DNA from: Candidatus Aenigmatarchaeota archaeon
Lineage (GTDB): Archaea > Aenigmatarchaeota > Aenigmatarchaeia > PWEA01 > JACQIF01
Assembly: GCA_016432325.1 (NCBI GenBank)
Contig: CP066684.1
Span: 265,018 to 329,017 of the forward strand
Length of the DNA: 64,000 nt
Direction: 5' to 3'
Shown: positions 8,759 through 17,985 of the stretch, one piece after another
Layout: the number at the start of each line of letters is the position of its first letter
Position numbering within the stretch: the first letter of the stretch is position 1
The notes under the pieces: model-generated
Seen by the model: the letters and a program-made list of their open reading frames with translations, nothing else
Told to the model about the DNA's origin: nothing
Databases searched by the model: none
Translations under genes and position numbers: made by a program

Positions 8759-9961
8759 ATGCCAGTGGACTTCGGTTCTGTCCGAAAGCTCGAGGACGCC
8801 CAAATCAAGCAAGGCCAGCGATGGATATACTCTGCTGATTTCAACATCAAGCACGTCGGGACGACGCTAGAGAGCACAGGCAGAATAGACACCGAGATAG
8901 AGGATTTGAAACGGATAATCATAAACGGCGGACGCGTCGCGATTCTCGCACACAAGGGCCGTCACAAGGATGAAGATACGGAAGAACTCGATTATGTAGT
9001 CCCGTATCTCAGCAAGAAGCTCGGCGTGCAGTCCAAGTATCATTTCTCGAACAACTCCTACATGGCTGCAGACTTCATCGACAACCTCAAACCCGGCGAA
9101 GTTGCCGTAATGGGCAATACGCGCGTGCACGAAGGAGAGGAAGAGAACAGCGCGTCCCTGGCAGAACAATACTCCCGCCTCGGCGAGCGCGTTGCCGTCG
9201 GAGGCTTCGGAAAGGCGCACAGGGTGAACGCGTCGAACGTCGGAATTCTTGACTATCTGCCCGGTTATGCAACGAGAAGCCAGCTGCGAGAGATGGAACT
9301 GCTGGCGCCGTGGACCGGCCGCTCCAAAGAGTACTCGGTAGCGGTCCTCGGAGGCGTGAAGAAGGAGAAGATAACCATCGGCCTCAAAGGCTTCGCAGAG
9401 ACGTATGACGCTGTCATACCAGGAGGCATCGTGCTGAACACGGCGCTGCGCGTGATGGGCTACGACGTGGGAGACTCGGTTCTCGACGACGGAGGCAAGA
9501 CGTTCGAGAATAACGTTAAAAAAATACTCGACGGTCCTAACGGCAACAGGGTGCTTCTGCCCGATACTGTCATGGTTGCAGAGAGAACAGAAAAAGGTTT
9601 CGGTCACTCAAGAAAAATCAAGATAAAGGAAGGCGTGCCGAAGGGCAGCGCCATCGTCGATTTCCTGCCGACGCAGAAGATAGCCGACGCGCTGGACCGT
9701 GTCGTAGACGAGCACGGCCGTCTCGTTGTCGCAGGGACGCCGGGCGTGATGATAAACGGCTATACGATAGCCACCAACACGGTGTTCACGAGATTGACAA
9801 AGCCCGGCGTACGGGGACTCGTCCTGGGAGGCGACACGACCGCCGAGATTAAGTACAAAGGCACTACGTCGACAGGAGGCGGCTCGGCGCTCGCGTTCGT
9901 AACGGACGGAACGACAGAGGTTTTCAAGGCTCTGCAGAAGAACAGGCTGGCGTTCGCTTAG
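8759..9961 (+). CDS. pgk: Phosphoglycerate kinase (archaeal type)
   Basis: 400 aa; ILAHKGRHKD (cf. SHLGRP), GGFGKAHRVNASNVG (cf. AHRAHAS) and C-terminal GGDTTA motifs. Confidence 0.7.
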   Translation: MPVDFGSVRKLEDAQIKQGQRWIYSADFNIKHVGTTLESTGRIDTEIEDLKRIIINGGRVAILAHKGRHKDEDTEELDYVVPYLSKKLGVQSKYHFSNNSYMAADFIDNLKPGEVAVMGNTRVHEGEEENSASLAEQYSRLGERVAVGGFGKAHRVNASNVGILDYLPGYATRSQLREMELLAPWTGRSKEYSVAVLGGVKKEKITIGLKGFAETYDAVIPGGIVLNTALRVMGYDVGDSVLDDGGKTFENNVKKILDGPNGNRVLLPDTVMVAERTEKGFGHSRKIKIKEGVPKGSAIVDFLPTQKIADALDRVVDEHGRLVVAGTPGVMINGYTIATNTVFTRLTKPGVRGLVLGGDTTAEIKYKGTTSTGGGSALAFVTDGTTEVFKALQKNRLAFA

Positions 9962-9991
9962 GCTTTTATTCCACGTCTTCTCATCTACAAC

Positions 9992-10402
9992 ATGCCGAAA
10001 GCGATGCCAAAAACGGAGACAGAGTGGAAGAAGAAGCTCGCGCCTGAACAGTACCGCGTTCTCCGACAGTGCGGGACAGAACTTCCTTTCACGGGCAAGT
10101 GGCTCCACAACAAGGAGACGGGCATGTACGTGTGCGGGGCTTGCGGCGCCGAGCTGTTTCCATCGGACACAAAATTCGACTCCGGAACGGGCTGGCCGAG
10201 CTTCTGGGACGCCGCGTCCGCGAAAGCCGTCAAGCTCAAGGAAGACCGCGCGCTGGGGATGACGCGCGTCGAAGTCACGTGCGCCAAGTGCGGCGGCCAT
10301 CTGGGACACCTGTTCAACGACGGGCCTCGGCCAACAGGACAAAGGTACTGCATAAACTCTGCTGCGCTGGACTTTAAGAAAGGAGCACGACGTCACGCGT
10401 AG
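9992..10402 (+). CDS. msrB: Peptide methionine sulfoxide reductase MsrB
   Basis: CGACGAELF...GWPSF...[16 protein letters not shown]; SelR domain with a CxxC zinc site. Confidence 0.85.
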   Translation: MPKAMPKTETEWKKKLAPEQYRVLRQCGTELPFTGKWLHNKETGMYVCGACGAELFPSDTKFDSGTGWPSFWDAASAKAVKLKEDRALGMTRVEVTCAKCGGHLGHLFNDGPRPTGQRYCINSAALDFKKGARRHA

Positions 10403-10944
10403 AGCGCTACTCCAAGGAACGAACCTATGGCATAGCCGGCCAGAGCCGCAAGCATTCCTATCGAAGCCATCTCTATCCCGCCTGCGAACGGGTTGCCCAT
10501 CGTTATCTTGTTCTTGACAAAGCCAGTCGCGAACAAAACAAGCGTCGAGATGACGAGAGCCGCGATGGTAGCTGCGCCTATATCGAGCACGATGAACGGT
10601 ACGAGAGGCACCAGAGAGCCTACAACGGCGGCCGCGCCTATCACAAGAGCGCTGCGCAACGGGTTCTCCCACGCGTCGATGACTACTCTATGCACGCGCT
10701 TCGGCGCCGTGCTTGCGTAGTACTCCTTGGCCGCCTTGGAGGACGTGTAACCGACGGCCGCCATTGAAATTGATTCGGCGAAAGTGGCGGCGAGGCCTGC
10801 GATGATGACGACGCGCGTGTCGTGCGTCGCGCTTGCGACCGCAAGGATTACGCCCAGAACGTTAACAAGGCCGTCCTGGCCGCCGAGTATTATGTCGCGG
10901 AGGTTTGAGCCCGTGTTTGAATCGACTGTCTTGCGCGTTGGCAT
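10393..10944 (-). CDS. VIT1/CCC1-family membrane protein (putative Fe/Mn transporter, short form)
   Basis: 183 aa, multi-TM; [16 protein letters not shown] and [18 protein letters not shown] motifs. Confidence 0.5.
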   Translation of the reverse strand: MPTRKTVDSNTGSNLRDIILGGQDGLVNVLGVILAVASATHDTRVVIIAGLAATFAESISMAAVGYTSSKAAKEYYASTAPKRVHRVVIDAWENPLRSALVIGAAAVVGSLVPLVPFIVLDIGAATIAALVISTLVLFATGFVKNKITMGNPFAGGIEMASIGMLAALAGYAIGSFLGVALYA

Positions 10945-11038
10945 GAGGTTCTTAGATATGCATGGGATTTAAAGAATGAACGCGTGTAAAAACCGAAAGG
11001 TTTAATAACGAGCCGCGCCCACATACTTCGGTGGTTCC

Positions 11039-11680
11039 ATGGCGAACAGCGTGAATGTATCGATTCTCGGCACTGGCAACGTAGCGTCGAACCTCGCGAA
11101 GGGCCTTTCCAAGAGCGGCTACGCTGTGATGCTCGGTTCCAGAACGCCCGCGGAGGCGAAGAAAAAGATGGGCGCGCTGCCTGCCGACGTAACGGTCGGA
11201 ACGCTCAAAGAGGCGGCCAAGTTCGGAGACGTTATTTTTACGGCAATTCCCTTCGCTTCTCTACCCGAGACAATCGAAGCCATCGGCCCCGAAAACCTGC
11301 GCGGCAAAATAATCGTCGATAACACCAACGTTCTTACGCCTTCGTTCGAGTGGGCCATCGGGTTCTCCACATCAGGCGCCGAAGAGTTGGCCAAGCTCGT
11401 CCCGGGCGCGCGCGTTGTCAAGGCCTTCAACACGGTCTTCGCCGAGCACATGGGTGTTGGAACTCTCGGCAAGGAGAAGCTCACGGTTTTCGCCGCTGGC
11501 GACGACGAGGCGAGCAAGAACGTCGTGCGCACGTTGGCCGAGTCGATAGGCTTCGAGACTGTCGACGCGGGCCCTCTGAAGTCGGCGCGATATCTGGAAG
11601 CGATGGGAATCCTGAACATAACTCTGGGATACGGCCTGAAGATGGGCTCGAGGATTGGATTGAGACTTGTGAAGGAGTGA
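11039..11680 (+). CDS. NADP oxidoreductase, coenzyme F420-dependent family (F420:NADP reductase / P5CR-like Rossmann protein)
   Basis: N-terminal ILGTGNVASNLAKGLSKSGYAVMLGSR dinucleotide-binding motif; 213 aa. Confidence 0.5.
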   Translation: MANSVNVSILGTGNVASNLAKGLSKSGYAVMLGSRTPAEAKKKMGALPADVTVGTLKEAAKFGDVIFTAIPFASLPETIEAIGPENLRGKIIVDNTNVLTPSFEWAIGFSTSGAEELAKLVPGARVVKAFNTVFAEHMGVGTLGKEKLTVFAAGDDEASKNVVRTLAESIGFETVDAGPLKSARYLEAMGILNITLGYGLKMGSRIGLRLVKE

Positions 11681-11733
11681 ATAACTGAATTCTTAACAAT
11701 ATCTTCCGATCCAGAACCGCGCGTTTTATATAG

Positions 11734-11970
11734 TTGCCAAACCAATTCAATAATGTGAACCCCATGAGGCAAGTCATAATCTACAAAGGAGAAGACAATT
11801 ATTGGGTGGCCGAATGCCCGTCCCTTCCGGGATGCATTTCTCAAGGCAAAACGAGAGAGGAGGCCGTCGCAAACATAAAAGAAGCCATAGAAGGTTACAT
11901 CGAAACTCTGAAGCAGGATAAGCTTCCTGTTCCAAAAGAGCACTACGACACTATGATGGTTGCCGTATGA
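11734..11970 (+). CDS. hicB: HicB-family antitoxin (UPF0150)
   Basis: YKGEDNYWVAECPSLPGCISQGKTREEAVANIKEAI. The likely start is the internal Met at 11764. The stop overlaps the hicA start (ATGA). Confidence 0.65.
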   Translation: MPNQFNNVNPMRQVIIYKGEDNYWVAECPSLPGCISQGKTREEAVANIKEAIEGYIETLKQDKLPVPKEHYDTMMVAV

Positions 11971-12185
11971 AACTTCCCGTTGTTTCTGGAAGGGAGACGG
12001 TCAAGGCTTTGGCCAAAGTCGGGTTCTCACTCAGGCACAGAAAAGGCAGTCATATGATCCTGAGGCGCGACAACCCGTTTACACAACTGACCGTGCCAGA
12101 CCATAAAGAGCTGGACAGAGGAACGTTAAGGGCTATCATCAGGCAGGCCGGGTTGACTGTGGAACAGTTCACAGACCTTTTGTAA
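11967..12185 (+). CDS. hicA: HicA-family mRNA interferase toxin
   Basis: 72 aa; VKALAKVGFSLRHRKGSHMIL (YcfA/HicA signature). Confidence 0.7.
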   Translation: MKLPVVSGRETVKALAKVGFSLRHRKGSHMILRRDNPFTQLTVPDHKELDRGTLRAIIRQAGLTVEQFTDLL

Positions 12186-12287
12186 TTTCCGGTGTGGAAT
12201 CTTATCCGCGGCCTATAAATGAAAACGAGTGTTTGCTCAATCTCATATGTGAAGTAGATGTCAGTAGTTAACCATATCAAAGAGGAC

Positions 12288-12301
12288 TGGTGCGATGGCC
12301 G
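12288..12301 (+). repeat. Candidate att core, left copy
   Basis: TGGTGCGATGGCCG is identical to 25299-25312. A 14-mer match alone is within chance for 64 kb, so the call rests mainly on its position. Confidence 0.25.
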
Positions 12302-12391
12302 CTTCCCACCCCCAGAGTGCGGTGCGTCGTTAGGATAACTTTTACCGGCGTTCGTCTGTTGGGAGGGCTTGTATTTATAGATTTTTAGGGC

Positions 12392-13216
12392 TCACCCGAA
12401 TTGATTTTTCCAGTCTTCCAATATCTGTTTTAACCTTTTGACTTCCCTTTCTGGAAGGGGATTATGATGATCTACTATGTTTCTAGATAGTTTCACCGCT
12501 TTCTCAAATGTAACAGGCCATAGTTCCAAATCGAGAAGATTCTTAAAAACTTCGTGCTCTTTGCGCATTATGTAGACCAAATCCTCCAAGTCAGTATAGA
12601 ACAATTCGTGTGACCCGCGTGGGGCGTGCCATTTGTTAATCCCTTCCAATGCCTTTCTGGATTTAACCTCGTTGAGCAAACTACTTCTGATTCCTGCTTT
12701 GTGCCACCAGTCGGCACCGTATTTTTGTGATAGGGTATTATGAATAAAATGTCGCAGAGAATTTTCGAGTAAGTAGAGAATAACATACGGTTCTGCCATT
12801 CTTTGTGCATCTTCTTCCACCGCATCATCGATAAAGGGAATCGAGGAGGGCATTCTGAATCGAGGTTTTATTCTTCTCGGTATGTCTCTAGGGTCTTGAT
12901 CATCTTCTCTAAGGTCTACATGTAGCCATTGATCTAGAACACCGAGAAGCTTGAGCTGCGGTACCTTTTCATAGATTTCTGAGCGATCATTGGTGCCGAT
13001 TTGTCTAATCAGGCCATATCCATGATCGTTGAACCTATTGATGGCCTTGCTCATTGTAGGTTGTGGTATAGAAAGTCTCGTGGAAAGCTCCTTTACGGAT
13101 TCCTTTTTGCTGATGTTCTTTAGGATTCTTAGTCTAATTGGAGAATTCCCCACAGCCTCTTGAAACTTTTTTATCAAGTCTCTTTTTTCCCGGGTCAACA
13201 CCTTCAAGACAATCAC
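12392..13216 (-). CDS. wHTH-HEPN fusion protein (putative HEPN RNase with an N-terminal winged-helix domain)
   Basis: C-terminal RNIVDHHNP fits the HEPN R-N-x3-H motif. An N-terminal winged helix is indicated by ILKNISKKESVKELSTRLSIPQPTMSKAINRF. The gene is AT-rich relative to its flanks. Confidence 0.55.
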   Translation of the reverse strand: MIVLKVLTREKRDLIKKFQEAVGNSPIRLRILKNISKKESVKELSTRLSIPQPTMSKAINRFNDHGYGLIRQIGTNDRSEIYEKVPQLKLLGVLDQWLHVDLREDDQDPRDIPRRIKPRFRMPSSIPFIDDAVEEDAQRMAEPYVILYLLENSLRHFIHNTLSQKYGADWWHKAGIRSSLLNEVKSRKALEGINKWHAPRGSHELFYTDLEDLVYIMRKEHEVFKNLLDLELWPVTFEKAVKLSRNIVDHHNPLPEREVKRLKQILEDWKNQFG

Positions 13217-13425
13217 TGCCGCTTTATCTTTCTTGAAGTTCTCTGGCGTCTTATTGAGCTGGCGGACTTTCCTAATAGGCTCCCGATTTCCTCCGACGTG
13301 AGACCATTTGCAGTCATTATCTTAATCTGCGTCCTCTCATCTTTCCCCTGAGCCGCCACAACTGCTAATAGCCTATCAAGCTTGCGATTCGTTTCCCTCA
13401 AAAGCTCCGATGCTCTATCACTCAT
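13213..13425 (-). CDS. Small HTH DNA-binding protein (HTH_10 / sigma-70 region-4-like)
   Basis: 70 aa; LTSEEIGSLLGKSASSIRRQR; paralogous to the adjacent 81-aa ORF; overlaps its neighbours. Confidence 0.45.
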   Translation of the reverse strand: MSDRASELLRETNRKLDRLLAVVAAQGKDERTQIKIMTANGLTSEEIGSLLGKSASSIRRQRTSRKIKRQ

Positions 13426-13663
13426 TGTTGTCGCCCCCTTTGCCCTTTACGTGTTTTTTGGCCCTTCTTGCCCGCGAGAGGATGGTACTGACGCTCTCTG
13501 GAGTAGTGCCAACAACGCTGGCGATTTCTGACGGCCGCAGATTACATTGATCGAGGAGGGTTATCCTGTCCGTCATGGTCAAACCACGAGTACTCGACAA
13601 CGCTATTATACGCATAAGTTTATCCAACCTAACCGTAAGCTCTTTGAATTGTCTGTCGTCCAA
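13418..13663 (-). CDS. Small HTH DNA-binding protein (HTH_10 / sigma-70 region-4-like), paralogue of 13213-13425
   Basis: 81 aa; LRPSEIASVVGTTPESVSTILSRARRAKK. Confidence 0.45.
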   Translation of the reverse strand: MDDRQFKELTVRLDKLMRIIALSSTRGLTMTDRITLLDQCNLRPSEIASVVGTTPESVSTILSRARRAKKHVKGKGGDNNE

Positions 13664-13667
13664 GATA

Positions 13668-13985
13668 TCACCTTGCCCTAACGTAATATTTTTCCTTGCC
13701 CCCTCCCCGAGCTTCTCTGATTAAACCCGCATTCTGTAGAAGGGCAACATTCTGACTTATCTGTTGGATCGATTTGCTCGTCTCTGCCGCTATCTGACCT
13801 ACCGATCGTTTGCCGTTACATAGCTCATAAATCTTTTTACGCAGCGTTGATTTACCCAACATCCGTTGCTTCGATGCTTCCAAAACCTCAGCATTGACAA
13901 CGGTGGAGAGCTCGACTAGTTCTTGTAACCTATCTTGGATTTTATACAGGGCAAGGAGTATTTCAGCTTCGTTATCCTTAACCAT
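13668..13985 (-). CDS. ArsR/TrmB-like winged-helix transcriptional regulator
   Basis: 105 aa; ELCNGKRSVGQIAAETSKSIQQISQNVALLQNAGLIREARGGG. Confidence 0.45.
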   Translation of the reverse strand: MVKDNEAEILLALYKIQDRLQELVELSTVVNAEVLEASKQRMLGKSTLRKKIYELCNGKRSVGQIAAETSKSIQQISQNVALLQNAGLIREARGGGKEKYYVRAR

Positions 13986-14034
13986 ATCAATCGTTTCATT
14001 AAACGAGAGTTAACCTTAAATACACGACGTTACC

Positions 14035-14051
14035 ATATAACACTGTTATAT
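14035..14051. repeat. 17-bp perfect palindrome ATATAACACTGTTATAT (copy 1 of 4)
   Basis: Sits 50-66 bp upstream of the HTH/HEPN operon start (13985) and is followed by a TATTTAAGG TATA-like element. Confidence 0.6.
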
Positions 14052-14771
14052 TTCCTTGCCTGTCACAAACGGCGCCCTCCCGAGAAGCGCCTGCGCGAAC
14101 TCCGCCTCCGTTATGACCGCCGGCTTGAGCAACTTGATCCCCGTCAGCAGCTCCTTCGGCGCGTCCAGCTGGCCGCAGATGCCGATGGCGCGGGCTTCCA
14201 CGCCGTCCGCCGCCGAGAGTTTCTTGAGAATCTTTTCATCGGTGCCGAGGGAAAGCACCAGCACGAAATATTTTGTAAGCGCGTCTAGTATCGAAAGCTT
14301 GTCCGTATGAACGAAGCCATAACTCGGAACGGAGAAGGCCGCTGTTAGCAGTCTCTCCTGGACCTCCTTCGAATAGAAGAATCGTTCGAGTAGTTCATAA
14401 TCCTTCGTAGTCGGCAGGCGTCCGCCGGCCTCCTTGACGCGCTTCCTCGCGTCCGCGGCCGCGTCATCCCAATATTCCCACAGCGGCTTCAGCGTCGATT
14501 GGTAGAAGACCATTCGCCCGTAGCGGCCGTTGGCCGCCCGCTCGTACTTCTTGATGCCGCGGACGCGCTTCAGGTATTCGTCCCTCGAAACGTCAGCCTT
14601 CGCTACGTAGCCGCGGCTGCGCAGCCACTTCAGCTCGGCGATGAGATACTTCTTCGACGTCCGAACCGTCGCCTGAAGGGTCTTCAGGCTCTGAGGCGCG
14701 ATGAGCGTCATCAGATAGACGCTGAGCGTGAGAGTCTTTGCCAGCTTCGCGTAGGGCCGTGTGCGCTTCAT
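14046..14771 (-). CDS. Hypothetical protein (241 aa), element-borne
   Basis: High-GC ORF with coding-like composition; no recognisable motif. Confidence 0.35.
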   Translation of the reverse strand: MKRTRPYAKLAKTLTLSVYLMTLIAPQSLKTLQATVRTSKKYLIAELKWLRSRGYVAKADVSRDEYLKRVRGIKKYERAANGRYGRMVFYQSTLKPLWEYWDDAAADARKRVKEAGGRLPTTKDYELLERFFYSKEVQERLLTAAFSVPSYGFVHTDKLSILDALTKYFVLVLSLGTDEKILKKLSAADGVEARAIGICGQLDAPKELLTGIKLLKPAVITEAEFAQALLGRAPFVTGKEI

Positions 14772-14897
14772 AATACAACGTTCACGCGCCCGGTTAAATA
14801 GGCACGTGCCCTAAGGTTTCCTAAAAGCAACTTCTGACGCCCGACGAGGAACCTTAAGCGGGTGATAACTATATACCACCGCCGGTAGTAAACTGTC

Positions 14898-15176
14898 ATG
14901 GCAAACAGAACCCGCGCGACGTTCACACTCGGTGTAAAGACCGTCGCGCGCTTGCGCGAAGCGTCCGCGATTGCCGGCCTGCCGATGTCGCAGTTGTGCG
15001 AGCAGGCCATTCTTGAAAAGGCGCGGAGCCTTCTGAAAAACGGCAATGGCCAGAAGCAGTGCAACGGTTCTTCATCCCCGATAGTCTGCCTCATAGTCGC
15101 CATTCTGAAAAAGTTCCTGGGAATCCCAGAGCAGAACGGTAACAAGAACGGAGCTGGTAACGGTGCCAATAATTAG
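14898..15176 (+). CDS. Ribbon-helix-helix (CopG/Arc-like) protein
   Basis: N-terminal ATFTLGVKTVARLREASAIAGLPMSQLCEQAILEKA RHH pattern. Confidence 0.4.
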   Translation: MANRTRATFTLGVKTVARLREASAIAGLPMSQLCEQAILEKARSLLKNGNGQKQCNGSSSPIVCLIVAILKKFLGIPEQNGNKNGAGNGANN

Positions 15177-15292
15177 GTTTGAGTCTCTGGAGGAGTTCTT
15201 CGCCTACATCGAGGAGCAGGGACGCAAGCGCGGCGTGGTGCTGATGAAAGAGCCGCCTGCGGCACCGGCGCCCAAGAAGGAGGTCGAACGCC

Positions 15293-15577
15293 GTGGACGC
15301 TGACGAGATGCTTCCGAGCGTCAAGGGTTGGCGGTCGGCGGGTCTGAGCCAGATGGACATCGTGATAATGGTGCTCCGGCGGAACATGCCCGGCGTTTCG
15401 CAGAGGCTGTTGGCCGAAATACTGGACATAAAACAGCCGGCGATAGCGCGGCGAGTCAGGACGCTCGAGAGATTCGGCTTCCTGAAGGAACGAAAAGAGG
15501 TGGTTGAGTATGAAGGCAAGATACGAGAGCAAGAGATTCCTGTGCGGCGACAAGCGGTCGCTGAGATTGGAGCTTGA
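15293..15577 (+). CDS. Winged-helix (MarR-like) transcriptional regulator
   Basis: GVSQRLLAEILDIKQPAIARRVRTLERFGFLKE. Confidence 0.4.
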   Translation: MDADEMLPSVKGWRSAGLSQMDIVIMVLRRNMPGVSQRLLAEILDIKQPAIARRVRTLERFGFLKERKEVVEYEGKIREQEIPVRRQAVAEIGA

Positions 15578-15848
15578 AGGCGGGGACTTGGCGTTGTTGT
15601 CCAAAGGCCCGCTCGCGGCGACTGCGCACTACAAAGGCGAGGCGCGGCCTGTTGAGCTGCGCATCGGCGAACATAAAGAGGAGCTGCGTTTGGATTCGCA
15701 GAGAGGAACGATGGACGACGCGAAGAATTACGTCGTGACGATGAGCCGCGGCGCGTACGAGTCGCTAGGGCCCGGAATGTTCGCCGGTGTCAGCGGACGG
15801 GACTACTGCGGAGGGGAGATACATGTGTCGACCGAAGAAAAAGATTAG
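15504..15848 (+). CDS. Hypothetical protein (114 aa)
   Basis: ORF only; overlaps its neighbours. Confidence 0.2.
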   Translation: MSMKARYESKRFLCGDKRSLRLELEGGDLALLSKGPLAATAHYKGEARPVELRIGEHKEELRLDSQRGTMDDAKNYVVTMSRGAYESLGPGMFAGVSGRDYCGGEIHVSTEEKD

Positions 15849-15996
15849 GATCGTCAGCTCGCGGCTCACGACCGATATGAACGGCTTCCTGAGACGCGAG
15901 TGCTGCCGCCTGCGCGTCACAAGAAGCGAGTTCATACGCGTGTTCCTGTGGAAGGAATTGGCGCAACGCCTCAAGGCGATGGAGGCGTCGTTATGA
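15823..15996 (+). CDS. Ribbon-helix-helix (CopG-like) protein
   Basis: KKIRIVSSRLTTDMNGFLRRECCRLRVTRSEFIRVFL; the internal Met at 15823 is the likely start. Confidence 0.35.
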   Translation: MCRPKKKIRIVSSRLTTDMNGFLRRECCRLRVTRSEFIRVFLWKELAQRLKAMEASL

Positions 15997-16182
15997 CACA
16001 GCTCATAAGCTATCGCGGCCTGATGAGGCTCTACGAACTGTGGCGCGGCGGCTCGTCCATGCCTCCGGGATGGCGCGAGTCGGTTCGCCGTTACGTCGTT
16101 CATAAGCGCTGCCGCGTCCTGATTGACAGCGACGGCGTATCGCAGCTCGCCCAGGCGGAGCAGATGGCCAAGATGATGTTCG

Positions 16183-17475
16183 GTGGTGCGGATGCGCAAA
16201 TGCCTGTTTGAAGGATGCACGGCGGAGGTGGAGGATTCATACCCTCTCGATTTCTGCGCGGCGCACAGGGAGGCGCCGGATGAAAGAATTACGGCACCGA
16301 TGTCTCTTGATGAACTCAAAGAAATCCTCGGCGTCACAATCAAAGCCGACGACACGAACAAGGTTATAACGTTTCTCGCTATGCTGACTGCGTTCACCGA
16401 GGACGCGCAGATTAATGTTTCGTTCCGCGCGCCATCGAGCACCGGCAAGTCTTACATACCTTTAGAAATCGCTTCTCTCTTCCCCAAAGACGACATAATA
16501 GAAATCGCCTATGCTAGCCCGACAGCCTTCTTCCACGACCGCGGCGAGTGGGACGCGGAGACGGGATGCCTCAAAATAAACCTTGAGAGAAAGATAATGA
16601 TTTTCGTGGACATGCCGCACGATTCGCTGCTTCACCGATTGCGTCCGCTTCTTTCGCACGACCGCAAGGAATTAATCTTCAAAATCACAGACAGGAGCGA
16701 CAAGAAAGGATTGAGAACGAAGAACGTCATACTGCGCGGCTACCCTTCGGTTGTCTTCTGTACGGCCTCTTTGAAAATGGATGAACAAGAATCCACGCGC
16801 AACGTTCTGTTGAGCCCCGAAACGAACCAAGAAAAGCTGCGAGAGTCCGTTCTGCTCAAGATCCGCAAGAACGCCGATGTGAAGACATACCAAGACTGGC
16901 TGATGAGCGATTCGCGGCGCGAAATCCTGAAGGCGCGCGTCGAGCAGATTAGGAACGCGAAGATAGACAACGTCATAATCCCGGACACGGCGCGCATCCA
17001 AGAACGTTTCCTCAACCGCAAGCTGAAGCCGCGCGACATGAGGGACGTGGGGCGGCTGATGTCCATCGTAAAGGCAGTCGCCCTGCTTAACTTTTCCCAC
17101 AGGGAACGGCGCGGCAACGACCTTGTCTGCAGCGCGGACGACATAAACACTGGCTTCGCCGTCTGGGGCGACATAGAGCGGTCGCAAGACTTGGGAGTGC
17201 CGCCGTACATTCTGCGGGTTTTTGACGAGGTTATAATGCCGCTGGCCGGGAACGGGGGAATCCAGCGCAAGCGGATAGTCAGCAAGCACTACGAGGTCTA
17301 TGGCAAGCCTCTGCCCGACTGGCTGCTGAGACAGCAGATATTGCCATCGCTGGAGGCTGCCGGACTCGTCTATCAGGAGGTCGATCCCGAGGATCGGCGC
17401 CAGCTCCTCATCCAAGTTTCACCCGCACCCGCTACTCACGGTATCTCTGGGTCGCTGGAAAATACCGTGAGTTAA
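16183..17475 (+). CDS. Element replication/packaging-type P-loop NTPase with an N-terminal Cys-rich region
   Basis: 430 aa; N-terminal CxxC...CAAH; Walker A RAPSSTGKSY; Walker B KIMIFVDM. Confidence 0.5.
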   Translation: MVRMRKCLFEGCTAEVEDSYPLDFCAAHREAPDERITAPMSLDELKEILGVTIKADDTNKVITFLAMLTAFTEDAQINVSFRAPSSTGKSYIPLEIASLFPKDDIIEIAYASPTAFFHDRGEWDAETGCLKINLERKIMIFVDMPHDSLLHRLRPLLSHDRKELIFKITDRSDKKGLRTKNVILRGYPSVVFCTASLKMDEQESTRNVLLSPETNQEKLRESVLLKIRKNADVKTYQDWLMSDSRREILKARVEQIRNAKIDNVIIPDTARIQERFLNRKLKPRDMRDVGRLMSIVKAVALLNFSHRERRGNDLVCSADDINTGFAVWGDIERSQDLGVPPYILRVFDEVIMPLAGNGGIQRKRIVSKHYEVYGKPLPDWLLRQQILPSLEAAGLVYQEVDPEDRRQLLIQVSPAPATHGISGSLENTVS

Positions 17476-17488
17476 GACTGGGGGTAAG

Positions 17489-17503
17489 TATAACAGTGTT
17501 ATA
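17489..17503. repeat. Palindrome TATAACAGTGTTATA (copy 2 of 4; 15 bp perfect within the 17-mer)
   Basis: Lies exactly at the GC-to-AT compositional break after the rep gene (ends 17475). Confidence 0.6.
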
Positions 17504-17504
17504 T

Positions 17505-17978
17505 TTAAACAACAAATGTTGTTTGAAAATGGGTTAGCGTATCCTTTAGAGGCAGCCCACTTCCTATACAAATTTGGACTTTCATCGCACCGTCCTTAAA
17601 TTGGGTGTCGTATAGACTGCCCACATTGGATGGCTGATGATGCCAGTTCTTGTCTTTCCATATTATATCGGTACCAGCAGGCGAGACCACGACACCATAA
17701 ACATCGATAGTATCCCCATCTTTCGTATCTTGCCTAGCTTGCAGGAAGACGTTACCGCTAACTTGCGGTGCGATATCGAAAAAAAGTTGGTTTCCCACCA
17801 AGCGCATGTAACCGTATGTAAGATGTGATTCTTCCTGAGTCCCCAATCTCAGAACAAAGGTCATATTAGATTTAGACCCTTCCGTAATCCGAAGATGGGA
17901 TTCTTGGTTCTCGTAAAACTTCAGTTTCTTCATATCTCGGGAAAGGTTGAACTGACTTTTATAGTGCATAGCACTCAT
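17505..17978 (-). CDS. Hypothetical protein (AT-rich cassette)
   Basis: ORF 17505-18038 trimmed to an internal Met to avoid overlapping the divergent RM gene; no known motif. Confidence 0.3.
   Translation of the reverse strand: MSAMHYKSQFNLSRDMKKLKFYENQESHLRITEGSKSNMTFVLRLGTQEESHLTYGYMRLVGNQLFFDIAPQVSGNVFLQARQDTKDGDTIDVYGVVVSPAGTDIIWKDKNWHHQPSNVGSLYDTQFKDGAMKVQICIGSGLPLKDTLTHFQTTFVV
17507..17524. terminator. Palindrome AAACAACA-aa-TGTTGTTT between convergent genes (candidate bidirectional terminator)
   Basis: 8-bp perfect arms flanked by T/A runs, between the rep gene (+) and ORF 17505-17978 (-). Confidence 0.3.
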
Positions 17979-17985
17979 TAAGGTC

